From the NCBI RefSeq assembly GCF_009914755.1, contig NC_060926.1: 64,000 nt of DNA; one strand, written 5' to 3'. The position numbers and the translations under genes are program-made. How positions within the stretch are numbered: the first letter of the stretch is position 1; every line of letters begins with the position of its first letter. Under the pieces are notes generated by a model, which saw only the letters and a program-made list of their open reading frames with translations, was not told the origin of the DNA and made no database searches. Shown here piece after piece: positions 23,509 through 39,665 of this stretch. This DNA is from the human T2T-CHM13v2.0 reference genome, Homo sapiens.

Positions 23509-23794
23509 TTACACACATTAAATACTTCTAAGAATGGCACATGGAAAATATCTTATTTACGTTTGTGCCCCTGGACCAAGAAGTAGAGTGCTCAGGTAAC
23601 ACAGGATTCCTTGAGAAAATAATTTTTAAATCAGTATGAAACCAGATTTGAGAAGAGCACAGATTAATGGAGTGGGAGGAAGGACCCTACGAGATATTAA
23701 CCAAAGCACAGATATGTAATTGAGGCAGGAACTGGAAAGACACATTGGAGGCAATAACCCAAATGTCAAAACTGGAAGGAAACTTGTCACTTAC

Positions 23795-23956
23795 TCCAAG
23801 CTCCTCATTTTACAGAAAAGGAAACGGAAATCCAGAAGGGTCAAAAAAGCTTCTCCAATGTCATACCGCTAGTTAATGGCAGTCAAGACTAGAACCCAGA
23901 CGTTCTGACTCCCAGTACGGTGTTGTTTCGCCGCTAGGATATCCTTGTCAAGGAAT
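23795..23956 (-). other. MTIF2: Predicted MTIF2 non-coding 5'UTR exon (162 nt, sense MIR-derived)
   Basis: Acceptor cttttttcAG, donor GGA|GTAAGT; body resembles MIR (ggagtcaga...tgggttc...actagc...ctgtaaaatg). Confidence 0.72.
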
Positions 23957-24129
23957 CTGAAAAAAGTATGTTGCAAATACGTAGTTGCGTTAGGGAAAAC
24001 GTCTGAATGTGAGCTGGAAGCTTTGGAACTTACCAGAAAGGTAAAAATAAATCACTGCAGAAAAATTACGGATCTGGGGTGGCTCGCCTCAAATTGGAGC
24101 CCAGAAGGCCTTGGGCCCATGGGAGGCTG

Positions 24130-24660
24130 GGAAGTGAGGACCTGCACCCACAGCCGCGCGCGAGGAGGGGAAGCCGGCCAGCCGCTTCCGAGAGAACAGT
24201 GCACATGCCTTCGTGAATGCCTAACGTGGGCTCACGCAGGGATTAAATGCATCTTGGAAAGGCTTCCGAACGCACAATGTTTATGAAGTTCGCGTGATTT
24301 GTGCCACTGACACGTTAGGCGAAACAACACACACCACCTGCACCGGACAACCCTGGTTAAGGGATCCTACCCACTTAACTCCTACCTACAGCCCCGGGCC
24401 CCTGGATTCTGAGCACGGGCGGAGATCACCTTCTGGACCCGGAAGAATGGTCGGTAGGTCAGTCCGTCCCCGCTACGGTCCCCGCCGGGCTTCCGGTCCC
24501 GCTGGAAAAGGTTCTTTCCGGAATTCAGAGAGTTGCTGTCGCCGCTGGGGGTGGGACTGTCTGCGGTGTCCGCGGCGGGCGTCCAGCCTGGGAGGCGCTG
24601 GTTCAACCTGTGGCTGGCTCCTCCCAGGGTCAGCCGCGCGTGGTGAATCGTTTCTGCAGG
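24130..24660 (-). promoter_or_regulatory. MTIF2: MTIF2 CpG-island promoter and first exon region with ETS/GABP(NRF-2)-type sites
   Basis: CpG-dense; CCGGAAG at 24439-24445, CTTCCGG at 24490-24496, palindromic TTCCGGAA at 24516-24523; candidate exon-1 donor TAG|GTAGGA at 24385. The TSS cannot be placed exactly. Confidence 0.8.
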
Positions 24661-24666
24661 TCCCTT

Positions 24667-24813
24667 CCATTTCTTACTTTCCTTTCCTTTCTTTCTCTCT
24701 TTCCTTTTTTTCTTTCTGTCCCTCTCCTTTCTTTCCTTCCTTCCTTTCTTCATTTCTTCCTTCCTTTCCTCTTCCTTCCTTTCCGTTTTTCTTTCTCTTT
24801 TTTTTTTTTTTTT
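24667..24813. repeat. CT-rich polypyrimidine low-complexity tract
   Basis: About 145 nt almost entirely C/T, ending in a T run. Confidence 0.9.
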
Positions 24814-25302
24814 AAGAAAACTGCCTTTATTCAATTAGAAGTTGGAAAAATTAACTGGTACAGAAAAAAAGTGTAATCAGCTGGAGAAAAAGTGCCACCC
24901 ATGAGAACTGATGGCTCCTCTGGGAGGGAATCTGGATACAGTGAGGATTTCTAGGAAGCAAATTACTTCTTCTCTGGGGCTATGAGAGGCCTCGGTGGTG
25001 CTTAACACTGTAGGAAACGTTAAATGGAGAATTGTGGGAGAAATGATACCTCCTTCAAAGATACGTGTTCCTAACAAGAAGGAAAAAACAAATGCAAGCG
25101 AACAGTGGCGGTAGAACCAGTTAGTATTGTGCGAACAGTACTTTCTGTTTTCTCCTAAGTCAGCTCGTGTGTATGGCATTAGGAGTAATAGAGCCAGAGT
25201 GCCTGGTTTCCTATCCCAGCTCATTCCTAGTGTGTGGTTGGGAATGTTTTGTCAACTGTCCATGTCCCAGTTTGTTCATCTACATTATAGTAATGACAGT
25301 AG

Positions 25303-25656
<354 letters not shown>

Positions 25657-26233
25657 TGAGACAGTGTCACTCTGTCGCCCAAGCTGGAGCACAATGGCGC
25701 GATCTCGGCTCATTGCAACCAAACTCCGCTTCCTGGGTTCAAGTGATTCTCCCGCCTCAGCCTCCCGCGTAGCTGAGATTACAGGGGCACATCACCATGC
25801 CTCACTAATTCACCATGTTGGCCAAGCTGGTCTCGAACTCCTGACCTCAGGTGACTGCCCACCTAAGCCTCCCAAAGTGCTGGGATTACAGGCATGAGCC
25901 ACCACGCCCGGCTGCAATAAGCTTTTAATGGGTTGATAAACTGTTGATAAGTAGTGCCTGGTTCATAGTATGTGTTTGCTGTTATGGTTATTACTGCCTG
26001 CCCCCAGAGCTTTCCCTCATCTTGCTTGGACATTATGACTTTCAGCTGGTCGTTTTGACCACAACCATCACCACCTCTCAAATATAAATATTGTTTTATT
26101 ATCTCTGTCTTTTGGTAAAAGGAATTTGAGAAGAAAACAAAATCAATCAATTAATCTTTGTCTTTAAGATCTACCACTCCCCTGGGTAATTGGTATGGTA
26201 CAGAAGTTCATTACTCAAAAGCATACTTGCCAT

Positions 26234-27046
<813 letters not shown>

Positions 27047-27139
27047 CCATCATCTTACCTCCTAACTCATGCCCCCATCCCAACCTACCAACCTCTTTTT
27101 TTTCCCCACTTTCCCAATGCCTACTACAAAGGTGTGTAA

Positions 27140-27396
<257 letters not shown>

Positions 27397-27799
27397 TGAA
27401 GTGATCTGCCCGCCTCAGCCTCCCAAAGTGCTATGATTCCAGGTGTGAGCCAGCGCGCTAGGCCTGGAAATTTTTTTTAACTGAACCTAACAGGCACAAC
27501 AGTTGAAAACTATTGAAGTTTACTCCAACTGCTATCATTTTACCTACTACTCGCAGATATCTACTGAAGTTTAATTTCTGTGAGAAGTAATTCTTTGCTG
27601 TCTTACTTGGCTTGCAAGGCAGTTGAGAAACAAGCAGAAATCAGTTGGTAAACCATCAAAGTAGTTGCCAGATCTTTTTTCCACAATATTAAGGTGAAAA
27701 TAACCATATATGCATCTATGTTCCTCTAATTTTCTAATCATTAAGATTTTCTAATCATGCTAATGTAGAAAATTCAAGCAATATACCAAAATATAGAAA

Positions 27800-28037
27800 G
27801 TAGCAAAAAAAAAAAAAAAAAGAAAAAAGAAGAGAATGAAAACAGTTAAAGGAACAGAGAAGCCAACCTGAAAGAGCTCCCAATGGCCAAAGCTGGAAAT
27901 ATTTGAGCAGCAAAATAACATAGTACCGGATTATAACCAAAAGTATCAACTAAGTATACATATGTTCATACTGATATAAATAAATAATTGAATAAATACA
28001 TAGAGAAGGAACAAATCTTCCTTACAGAAGAATTCCA

Positions 28038-28068
<31 letters not shown>

Positions 28069-29025
28069 AAACCTTCACTAGGAAGTGAAGATTAATTCCT
28101 CTCCACCTTAGTGTGGGCGGGACTTACTAACTTGCTTCCAAAGAATACAATATGGAGGCCGGGCACGGTGGCTCACGCCTGTTAATCCCAGCACTTTGGT
28201 AGACCAAGGCAGATGGATCACGGGGTCAGGAGTTCCAGACCAGCCTGACCAACATGGCGAAACCCCGTCTCTACTAAAAATTAGCCGGGCGTGGTGGCAC
28301 GCGCCTGTAAGCCCAGCTACTCAGGAGGCTGAGGCAGGAGAATCGCTTGAACCTGGGAGGCGGAAGTTGTGGTGAGCCAAGTGCCGCTGCACTGCAGCCT
28401 GGGCAACAAAGCAAGACTCCGTCTCAGAAAAAAAAAACAAAAGAACACAGTATGGAAAAGGGAAAATAGTAACTTTACAGTGGAGAAACGTGGCAGACAA
28501 TGCATGAACCAAGTGATCAAAGTGAACATCACCTGCAATGTCGTTTTAATATCATAGACACCCCCTGAAATGATGTGATGAGGACGCTTTACCCCTGTAA
28601 TATCCTTTTCAAAAACCCACAACCCTACTTTAATCATGGGGAAAACATCAGAGAAACCCAATTAAAGAGCCTTCTACGAAATACCTGACCAGTACTCTTC
28701 AAAACTGTCAAGGTTAGGAAAAGCAAGAAAGGACTCAGAAACTGTTACAGATCAGAAGAGACTAAGGAGACATAACAACTCAGTGCAATATGGTATCCTG
28801 GATAGAATCCTTTAACAGAAAAGCACATTAGTGGGAAAACTGGTGAAATCTGAATAATGTCTGTAGTTTAGTTAACAGTAATACCCCAATGTTAATTTTT
28901 TAATTTTCACAAGTGTATCATGATTAATGTAAGATGTTAACAAAATTGGGTAAAGGGCACTTGGGAACGCTCCACTATCTCAGCAACTTTTCTGTAATCT
29001 AAAATTATTCCAAAATTAAAAGGTT
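27800..29025 (+). mobile_element. Old L1MC/MD 3' fragment interrupted by an Alu (about 28156-28440)
   Basis: agtaactttacagtggagaaac...ccaagtgatcaaagt, ending tctaaaattattccaaaat. Confidence 0.65.
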
Positions 29026-29120
29026 GATTGCTGGGTGCGGTGGCTCACGCCTGTAATCCCAACACTTTGGAAGGCCGAGGTGGGTGGATCACCTGAGGTC
29101 AGGAGTTCAAGACCAACCTA

Positions 29121-29462
<342 letters not shown>

Positions 29463-29634
29463 CTACAAAAAATAAAAAAATTAACTGGGCATGGTGGTGT
29501 ACACCTGCAGTCCTATGCTACTCTGGAGGCCAAGGTGGGAGGATCACTTGAACTCAGGATTTCGGGCTTACAATGAGCTATGATCATGCCACTGCACTCC
29601 AGCCTGAGTGACAGAGTGAGACCCTGACTCTAAA

Positions 29635-29772
29635 AGGAAGGAAGGAATGCAGGGAGGGAGGAAGGAAGGAAAAAAAGATGGAGAGAGGGAGGGAAGGAAG
29701 GAAGGAAGGAGGGAGGGAGAGATGGAGAGAGGGAGGGAAGGAAGGAAGGAAGGAAGGAAGGAAAGAAAGAAA
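29635..29772 (+). repeat. (GGAA/GGGA)n purine microsatellite derived from an Alu tail
   Basis: Seven contiguous GGAA units at 29736-29763 within a longer purine tract. Confidence 0.9.
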
Positions 29773-30144
29773 GATATCCTAAAACACGCATAAATATACA
29801 TACAGATACAATGTATATTGGTGGCTCAAGCCTGTAATCCCAGCACTTTGGAAGACTAAGGCAGGTGGATCACCTGAGGTCAGGAGTTCAAGACCAGCCT
29901 GGCCAAAATGGTGAAACCCCCGTCTCTACTAAAAATACAAAAATTAGCCAGGCGTGATGGCGGCTGCCTATAATCCCAGCTACTCAGAAGGCTGAGGCAG
30001 GAGAATTGCTTGAACCTGGGAGGCAGAGGTTGCAGCGAGCAGAGGTTGTGCCACTGCCCTCCAGCCTGGGCAGTAGGGCAAGACTTTGTCTCAAATAATA
30101 ATAATAATAATAATAAATATACATATGCATACAATTTTATATAA

Positions 30145-30267
<123 letters not shown>

Positions 30268-30561
30268 TGAGGCCAGGAGTTCAAGACTAGCCTGGCCAAA
30301 ATGGTGAAACCCTGTCTCTACTAAAAATACAAAAATTAGCTGGGTGTGGTGGCATGTACCTGTAGTCCTAGCTACTTGGGAGGCTGAGGTGAGAGGATTG
30401 CCTGGGAGGCTGAGGTTGCAGTGAGCCGAGATCACGCCACTGCAATCCAGCCTGAATGACAGAGGGAGACCCTGTCTCACAAAACAACCAAAAAAAGGTG
30501 TGAACTGTGTAACTTTGCAGATTATTGGTATTTATTCTAAGGAATACATGAAACAATTATG

Positions 30562-30788
30562 CATATATGTGTATATATGTGTGTGTGTGTATGTATATAT
30601 GTATATATATGTATATATATATATACATATATATGTGTATATATATATACATATATATGTGTATATATATATATACACATATATATGTATATATATATAC
30701 ATATATATGTGTATATATATGTATATATGTATATGTATGTATATATATGTACATATATGTATATATATACACACATATATATATATAT
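30562..30788. repeat. Complex (TA)n/(TG)n/(CA)n microsatellite
   Basis: About 225 bp of alternating purine-pyrimidine sequence. Confidence 0.95.
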
Positions 30789-32212
30789 TCACCTAGAGAG
30801 AGAAATACACTTATAGCCTTATTTGTAATTATATTGAAAATTTGGAAATAACTAACATTAGGTCATTGGACATTGGATATTTCCAAATTTGGAGTTGGAT
30901 ACGTAAATGGAATATTATACAGCCATTATAAGTAATAAAGTAGATCTGTTGACATGGATACTTAGATGAAAACAGAAAAGCAGATTATAAAATATATAAT
31001 TCTGTCTTGATCAGAAAAATTAGAAATAAATAGCATTACCAGCCTGAGCAACATAGGGAGACCCCCATCTCTACAAAAACTAAAAATATACAAAATTAGC
31101 TGAGTGCAGTGGTGTGTGCCTGGAGTCTCATATACTTGGAAGGCTGAGGTGGGAGAATTGCTTGAGCCCAGGAGGTCAAGGCTGCAGTAAGCTGTGATCA
31201 TGCCACTGCACTCCACCCTGGGCAACACAGAGCAAGACCTTGTCCCAAAACAAACAAAACAAAACAATCTTTTAGAAATAAACAGCATTAGAGTATATAC
31301 ATTATGTGTCCAATGTGAATATTTTTATATACCTGTGATTTAAATTTTTGTATCTTCATATGTGGTCTAATTTTTTTTAACAATCTATATATATGTTGTT
31401 AACTTGTCTTTATTTTTAAAGCGTAGTATTAAAACATTTATTTAAAGAAATAGGGGGCTGGGCTTGGTGGCTCACGCCTGTAATCTCAGCACTTTGGGAG
31501 GCCGAGGCGGGCGGATCACGAGGTCAGGAGATCAAGACCATCCTGGCTAACACGGTGAAACCCCATCTCTACTAAAAATACAAAAATTAGCCAGGCGCAA
31601 TGGCAGGTGCCTGTAATCCCAGCTACTCAGGAGGCTGAGGCAGGAGAATTGCTTGAACCTGGGCAGCAGAGGTTGCAGCGAGCCGAGATTGCATCACTGC
31701 ACTATAGCCTGAGTGACAGAGAGAGACTGCATCTCAAAAAAAAAAAAAAAAAATGCATGCAACTTGTTAGAAAAGACACTATTTTATGTTTGGGAAAAAT
31801 ACTGAATATGAGTTTGTTTTTAATTGAACTGGCCCTTTTTGTTCTTAAAGCCAACACATTCCAAAATATATTTATTGACATTTACTCAAATCAGTATTTA
31901 CCATCAATAAGTAAATCCATCCAGCAGGGATAGAGGAATAATATGTGATTTCTGATCTCAACTTAATATTTTTATTAAAATTTATGCAAATATATATTAC
32001 TTGCAAGTTAATTAAGGCATTAAAATCATAGGAAACTTCTCTTGGCCAGTAAGACTAGGACAGAAATTCCAAAGTAGTTCCCACAAACCTAATCCAGTTG
32101 AAGCAATCACTGAAATGCATGACTTAAAATATCCGTAGTCCATACATGCAAAGTAGGAAAAGTACCTCTGTTACAGCACTTTTGTATGGAAGTCAGTTTT
32201 CTTGGGTTGCTA

Positions 32213-32589
<377 letters not shown>

Positions 32590-33953
32590 TCATTAATTTA
32601 GTGGTCTAGGTAGACCCAGAAAATTAAGTCTGATTTAAAGAACAACTCAGGGCAGGTCTTGTTCACCTGACCTTCTTCTGCACGCTTCCTGAATTGCAGT
32701 AATTGTGGCTCTCAGGAGTTACACATTGGGAGTTTACAACACAGCCTGGGCTCGGCTGTGTCTTCTGTAAACAGTGCTTGTCCAAAGTAAAGCTTCCTTA
32801 TAACCACACAATTTTAAATGGGTGTTTTAAAGTGAACAAAAAAGAAAAAAACATGCTCCTTCTCTGCTTAACCCAGTTGTCGTCTACTATGTAGATTTTG
32901 TTCACATTGCATGAAACCAGTGTTTTCCCAGGCAAGCAAGCAATGTGTTCATCCATTTTACGGTTTAATTAGAAAGAAATTACATTCCATATAACCAGTT
33001 AACTGGTTATTACCTTTTTTTTTTTTGAGACAAGTTTCACTTTTTCCTTTCTTCCTTCCTTCCTTCTTTCCTTCCCACCCTCCCTTTTTCATTTCTTTTT
33101 TTTTTTCTTTCTTTCCTTTTTATTTTTTGACTGGGACTACGGGCATGCACCACCACGCCCGGCTAATTTTTGTATTTTTAATGGAGGCAGGATTTCACCA
33201 TGTTGGCCAGGCTGCTCTCGAACTCCTGACCTCAGGTGATTCGCCCTCCTTGGCCTCCCAAAGTGTTGGGATTGCAGGCATGAGCCACCATGCCCGGCCT
33301 GCTATTTCTTCAGAGGGTGATCTCTGCTGCTGTTCTAATTTCATTCTTAGAAGGAAACATACTGAAAAAACTGAGCCTACCACACCTTAAAAACCAAAGT
33401 AAATTTTAAATAAGGAATTGAATATTGTTAAGAAAAAGAAAAGACTGAATATTCTATTGTTAGAGGTTAACTTTCTAAATTTAGATCAGAATAAAAAGAA
33501 TGACATTTAGTTATGTAAAATTGGGTAACTTTTGTACATAAAACGGAACTAAAACCAACTATTTGAAGGATATATGACAAAAAGCTCATAATTTCATTAT
33601 ATGAAGAGCTTGTATAGGAAGGTAAAAACCACTGATATTCATTCAGTGGCTAAATGAGCCAAGAGATGATGAACAAGCTAATTCACAAATGGGGAAATAA
33701 AATAATAAACATGGAAAAGTGTCCAGGGCCTTCATAATCAGGGAAATGCACATTAAATGAGGTACATTAAATTTGTCCAATAAATTTGCAAATTAAAAAA
33801 TATATACTGTAAATTTGGGCAAAAATATAGTAAAATAGATTAATTCATACATTGCTAATTATACATTATAATAATTTTTGGAAAGCAACTTAGAATGTTA
33901 TGATTCACTAACAACAAGGATGTCCACCAATATGGAGATGGTTAAGAAAATTA

Positions 33954-34002
33954 TTAGATTGGTGCAAAAGTAATCGCGGTTTTTGCCATTCAAAGTAATG
34001 GC
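33954..34002. mobile_element. Partial MADE1 (Hsmar1 MITE), followed by an Alu with TSD TAATGGCTAATAT
   Basis: TTAG.TTGGTGCAAAAGTAAT.GCGGTTTTTGCCATT mariner ITR. Confidence 0.8.
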
Positions 34003-34498
34003 TAATATCAGCAGGGCACGGTGGCTCTGGGCGTTTTGGGAGGCCGAGGTGGGCGGATCACTTGAGGTAAGGAGTTCAAGACCAGCCTGGCCAACATGGT
34101 GAAACCCCATCTCTACTAAAAATACAAAAATTAGCCCGGCATGGTGGTGTGCACCTGTAATCCCAGCGACTCACGAGGCTGAGGCAGGAGAATCGCTTGA
34201 ATCTGGGAGGCAGAGATCACGCCACTGTACTGTAGCCTGGGTGATAGAGCTACCCTGTCTGAAAACAAAAACAAAAACAAAACATAATGGCTAATATGAC
34301 CCAGCAACACAATATATCTTTATTAAAGAAAGACACTGTGGCAACAGAGGAAAATGCTTATAAGTAATAAAAAGGCAGGACACAAAATTTAATATGTAGG
34401 AAGTTTCAACTATCTGAAAAATTCATTATGTATAGCCAAAATAACAAGAATAAAGGAAACAAGACTGGAAAGATACACCAAAATGGCAATAACATTGC

Positions 34499-35458
34499 TG
34501 TGGGGAAAAGAAAGAGAGATCAGATTGTTACTGTGTCTGTGTAGAAAGAACTAGACATGGGAGACTCCATTTTGTTCTGTACTAAGAAAAATTCTTCTGC
34601 CTTGAGATGCTGTTCATCTATAACCCTACCCCCAACCCCGTGCTCTCTGAAACATGTGCTGTGTCAACTCAGGGTTAAATAAGGGCTGTGCAAGATGCGC
34701 TTTGTTAAACAGATGCTTGAAGGCAGCATGCTCATTAAGAGTCATCACCACTCCCTAATCTCAAGTACCCAGGGACAGGAACACTACGGAAGGCGGAAGG
34801 CTGCAGGGACCTCTGCCTAGGAAAGCCAGGTATTGTCCAAGATTTCTCCCCATGTGATAGTCTGAAATATGGCCTCGTGGGAAGGGAAAGACCTGACCGT
34901 CCCCCAGCCCGACACCAATAAAGGGTCTGTGCTGAGGAGGATTAGTTTAAGAGGAAGGAATGCCTCTTTGCAGTTGAGACAAGAGGAAGGCATGTGTCTC
35001 CTGCCCGTCCCTGGGCAATGGAATGTCTCCGTATAAAACCCGATTGTATATTCCATCTACTGAGGGGAAAACCGCCTTAGGGCTGGAGGTGGGACATGCG
35101 GGCAACAATACTGCTCTGTAAGGCATTGAGATGTTTATGTGTATGCATATCTAAAGCACAGCACTTAATTCTTTACCTTGTCTATGATGCAGAGACCTTT
35201 GTTCATGTGTTTATCTGCTGACCTTCTCTCCACTATTATCTTATGACCCTGACACATCCCCCTCTCCGAGAAACACCCAAGAATGATCAATAAATACTAA
35301 GAGAACTCGGAGGTCAGCGGGATCCTCCGTATGCTGAACGCTGGTGCCCTGGGCCCCCTTATTTGTTTCTCTATACTTTGTGTCTTTTTCTTTTCCAAGT
35401 CTCTCGTTCAACCTAATGAGAAACACCCACAGGTGTGGAGGGGCAACCCACCCCTTCA
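34499..35458 (+). mobile_element. Solo HERV-K(HML-2) LTR5-family LTR, 960 bp (subfamily not resolved)
   Basis: Starts TGTGGGGAAAAG.AAGAGAGATCAG, ends CCACCCCTTCA; 5-bp TSD ATTGC; TATAAA at 35032 and AATAAA at 35289. Confidence 0.92.
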
Positions 35459-35982
35459 ATTGCATGAGCACCATGAGATTCTGAGTGATCTTTCCCCACT
35501 TTCCTGTTTTCTAAATCCTCTGTTATGTGATACATTGCTTTTGTTGTTGATCTGAATTTAGCAGGCCATGGGAAGTGTGGCCTGTTGATCCTGTAATCAG
35601 AGATCAAATAATTAGATGGAGTTTTTGAAGGGAAACCATGATTTAATCATTAAAGAGGTAGGTTAAACTGAGACATTTTGAAATTGTGCTATCCAAGGCC
35701 AATTCTGGGTGAAACTGTGAGGTTGACTTTGAATTCCTCCTCTTTTGTAGCTTCCTCCAGGGCTGCAGGTAAGGACTATGACATTTTACTGTGTCTTAAG
35801 AGGCTTCCTTCTCCAGCCGTTCAGTTTGCACCCCAGAAATGACCCATTCACACTAAGGTTAAATATCCTTAGGTATATCTATGTGTTATCTGGGATTCGA
35901 GCCTTAATCTAAATTCATAAATGAACTTCTAAGGTGGAATTCCAGGCCTCATTCAAGTGGGGAGTGTTTCCCAGGATAGCTG

Positions 35983-36559
35983 TGTTTGAAATGCTTGTTC
36001 CCCGGTGCTGTAAAGAAATAGCACTTGAACATTAATTTATTTAGTAAGGCCATTTTTACTTCCTGCAGAAAGGGTACACTTGCCAGCAGTTTTGCCAGGA
36101 GAGTACACCCAACAAAGGAGACAGGGTCATTTATAACCTGACACGTCCTCCGTACTGCTGTGTCCGGTTTCCATTGGCTGGAATGGGACCTCACATTCTG
36201 TATTTGTCTCGATTGGCTAGCAACTTAGAACTTTTTAAAAGAGGCAAAGATAGAGGAGAACAAAGGAAGTAACTTATGGAATGCTGAGAAAGGTAAGAAC
36301 ACTTTTAAATAAGGAAGAGGAATACGCTATGAGCTAATGCTTGCTTGGACCAGTATAAGCATGCCAGGGCAAATATTTAGGCTAAATTGTGGGAGCTAAG
36401 AACATAAAGTACACTGATTTCTTCATTATGGCTAGCAGATATTTAAGAATGTTTGCAAGGGTCTTTGAATAAATTTTGCTTCTAAGAGAAGTTACTATTT
36501 ATTCCTAATTAGACGGGGAGGAAAGTCTTTGAAGAGGAATAGCTACTTTACTTTTTACA
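35983..36559 (-). mobile_element. Solo ERV1 LTR (LTR10-family, LTR10C-like), 577 bp
   Basis: TG...CA ends, 4-bp TSD GCTG; two CCAAT boxes and a TATA on the minus strand; subfamily assigned from recalled consensus. Confidence 0.78.
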
Positions 36560-36886
36560 GCTGGAAACACCAAGATAGCTTAAAACCACCTGGAGGTAGT
36601 CAAACTACCTTGGAAAAAGGTGAGTCATAGTTGGCACAGTCAATTATTCTTAGATCAATAATAAGAACTGTCAGAAAAGGTAAAATGTAAAATTATAATT
36701 TACAATAAAAGAAGTTGAAAAGCCTTAGAACAGTATGGATCTGGGCCCCTTCCACACTCCCTAATCTGGGAGTTACTATGTGGGTTTGATTGACTATTGA
36801 TTATTTATTTATTTTTAGAGACACGGTCTCATTATGTTGCCCAGGCTGGTCTCAAACTATGGACTCTGAGCGATCCTCCTGCCTCA

Positions 36887-37800
<914 letters not shown>

Positions 37801-38209
37801 AAAATACGAAAGTGACCCTGCAGGGACAGCAGAGGACTTCCATCTTGGGACCATGAGGTTACTGCACGGAAATCTTTACTCTTGGGAGTGATTTGCTTAC
37901 ATTCCGTGTTGAGAACCAACAACATACGGAGGACTGTGGATCTTAAATCGGTCTGGGATGCTGGGTCAGTTTGTCCACTTTTTGTGTAGATAAAATAAGC
38001 AAGTGGTTAATAGTGTGTTCAGTAGGTACGACGTATCAGGCACCATACATAGAGCAGGACACTGAGGTTCACAGTGATATTTTTCTACTGTGGTCAGGGT
38101 TGATCACAAAGTATGCAGCATGGCAGAAACCACCACCACCCGTAAAGTGCTTACCAAAATTGACATGCCTGTATTTTCATAAATTGTAACATTTGTTGTG
38201 TTTTGATAG

Positions 38210-38560
<351 letters not shown>

Positions 38561-39208
38561 TGAGTGGTGCAAGGACATGAAGTTTACCCAAGGCTTAACA
38601 GTTGATAGATAATGGCTAAATATGGTGATCTTCAAAGACTAAAGAAATATAGTTAGTATTCCTCACCTTCACAAATACAACATCAAAACCGTAATCATTT
38701 TCTGTGACCTTCCTCCCTCCCATATAGTCCTATATTCTCCCCCTTCTTTATGTGTGCGTATGCCAGCTTTTCTGATGTTCTGTTAGTCTGGGTTCTTATT
38801 GCCTCCCCACTCACCTTCTTTGTGGTTACATATTTGTAGAATGGAGGTTGTCACATGGTCTGGACGTAACGGAATGCTAAAGAATAGGAGTCTAGAACTG
38901 CTGTAAACTTTCAGTAACCAAAAGCTTAAATTTAGAAATAAAAAGCTGCTGAGGAGTGAGATCTTGGCAAGTACATTGGAATACAAAACTGGCCGAAGAA
39001 ACTGCCTGAGGTCCTGAGATGAGGAAATGAGATGGCATGGGCTTATAAGTAATTATTTGGTAAAGGGGTGAAGATGGGTCTTTAACAGTGAAATTCAGGG
39101 CGATAGGCACTCCCAAACCTTGCTGTTTTCACCCAGCAGGCAAAATAGGTATAAACGTGTGCATATGTAAACATGCATATTACTTTAAAACTTACTGATA
39201 TCTTATAG

Positions 39209-39643
39209 CTATTTACAGTTGAAGAAATGATGCCTCATATTCAACATCTGAAAGGAGCACATAGTAAGAACTTATTTCTTAAAGACAAAAAGAAAAAGAA
39301 TTATTGGCTGGTGACAGTTCTTCATGATAGACAAATTAATTTAAATGAGCTTGCCAAGCAGTTAGGTGTTGGGAGTGGAAATCTGCGATTTGCTGATGAA
39401 ACAGCCATGCTAGAAAAACTAAAAGTTGGTCAAGGCTGTGCCACACCCTTGGCACTTTTCTGTGATGGTGGAGATGTGAAGTTTGTTCTGGATTCTGCTT
39501 TTCTCGAAGGTGGACATGAAAAGGTGTACTTTCATCCAATGACCAATGCTGCAACCATGGGATTGAGCCCTGAAGACTTTCTCACATTTGTGAAGATGAC
39601 AGGACATGATCCCATAATACTAAATTTTGATAAAAACAACTAA
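39209..39643 (+). pseudogene. PRORSD1P: PRORSD1P exon 2, intact YbaK/ProXp-ala deacylase frame (LFTVEEMMPHIQ...PIILNFDKNN*)
   Basis: Includes ORF 39227..39643; SKNLF catalytic-Lys motif, LRFA, GxxTP loop, FHP and NxAT motifs; in-frame acceptor tatAG at 39207-39208. Confidence 0.93.
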
Positions 39644-39659
39644 TTGGGCCAATGTTTAG

Positions 39660-39665
39660 AATAAA
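39660..39665 (+). terminator. PRORSD1P: Candidate PRORSD1P poly(A) signal
   Basis: AATAAA beginning 17 nt after the stop codon, followed by T-rich sequence. Confidence 0.6.

Noticed and set aside
24294-24876. ORFs of 150-173 aa over the MTIF2 promoter
   Set aside because: GC-rich island plus a low-complexity tract gives stop-poor frames, with no recognisable protein
30500-30851. Six overlapping Y/I/H/T-rich ORFs
   Set aside because: Artefact of a stop-free TA/TG/CA microsatellite
36357-36376. p53-like element in the LTR10-like LTR (AAGCATGCCA GGGCAAATAT)
   Set aside because: The second half-site lacks the invariant G of CWWG, so only one near-consensus half-site remains
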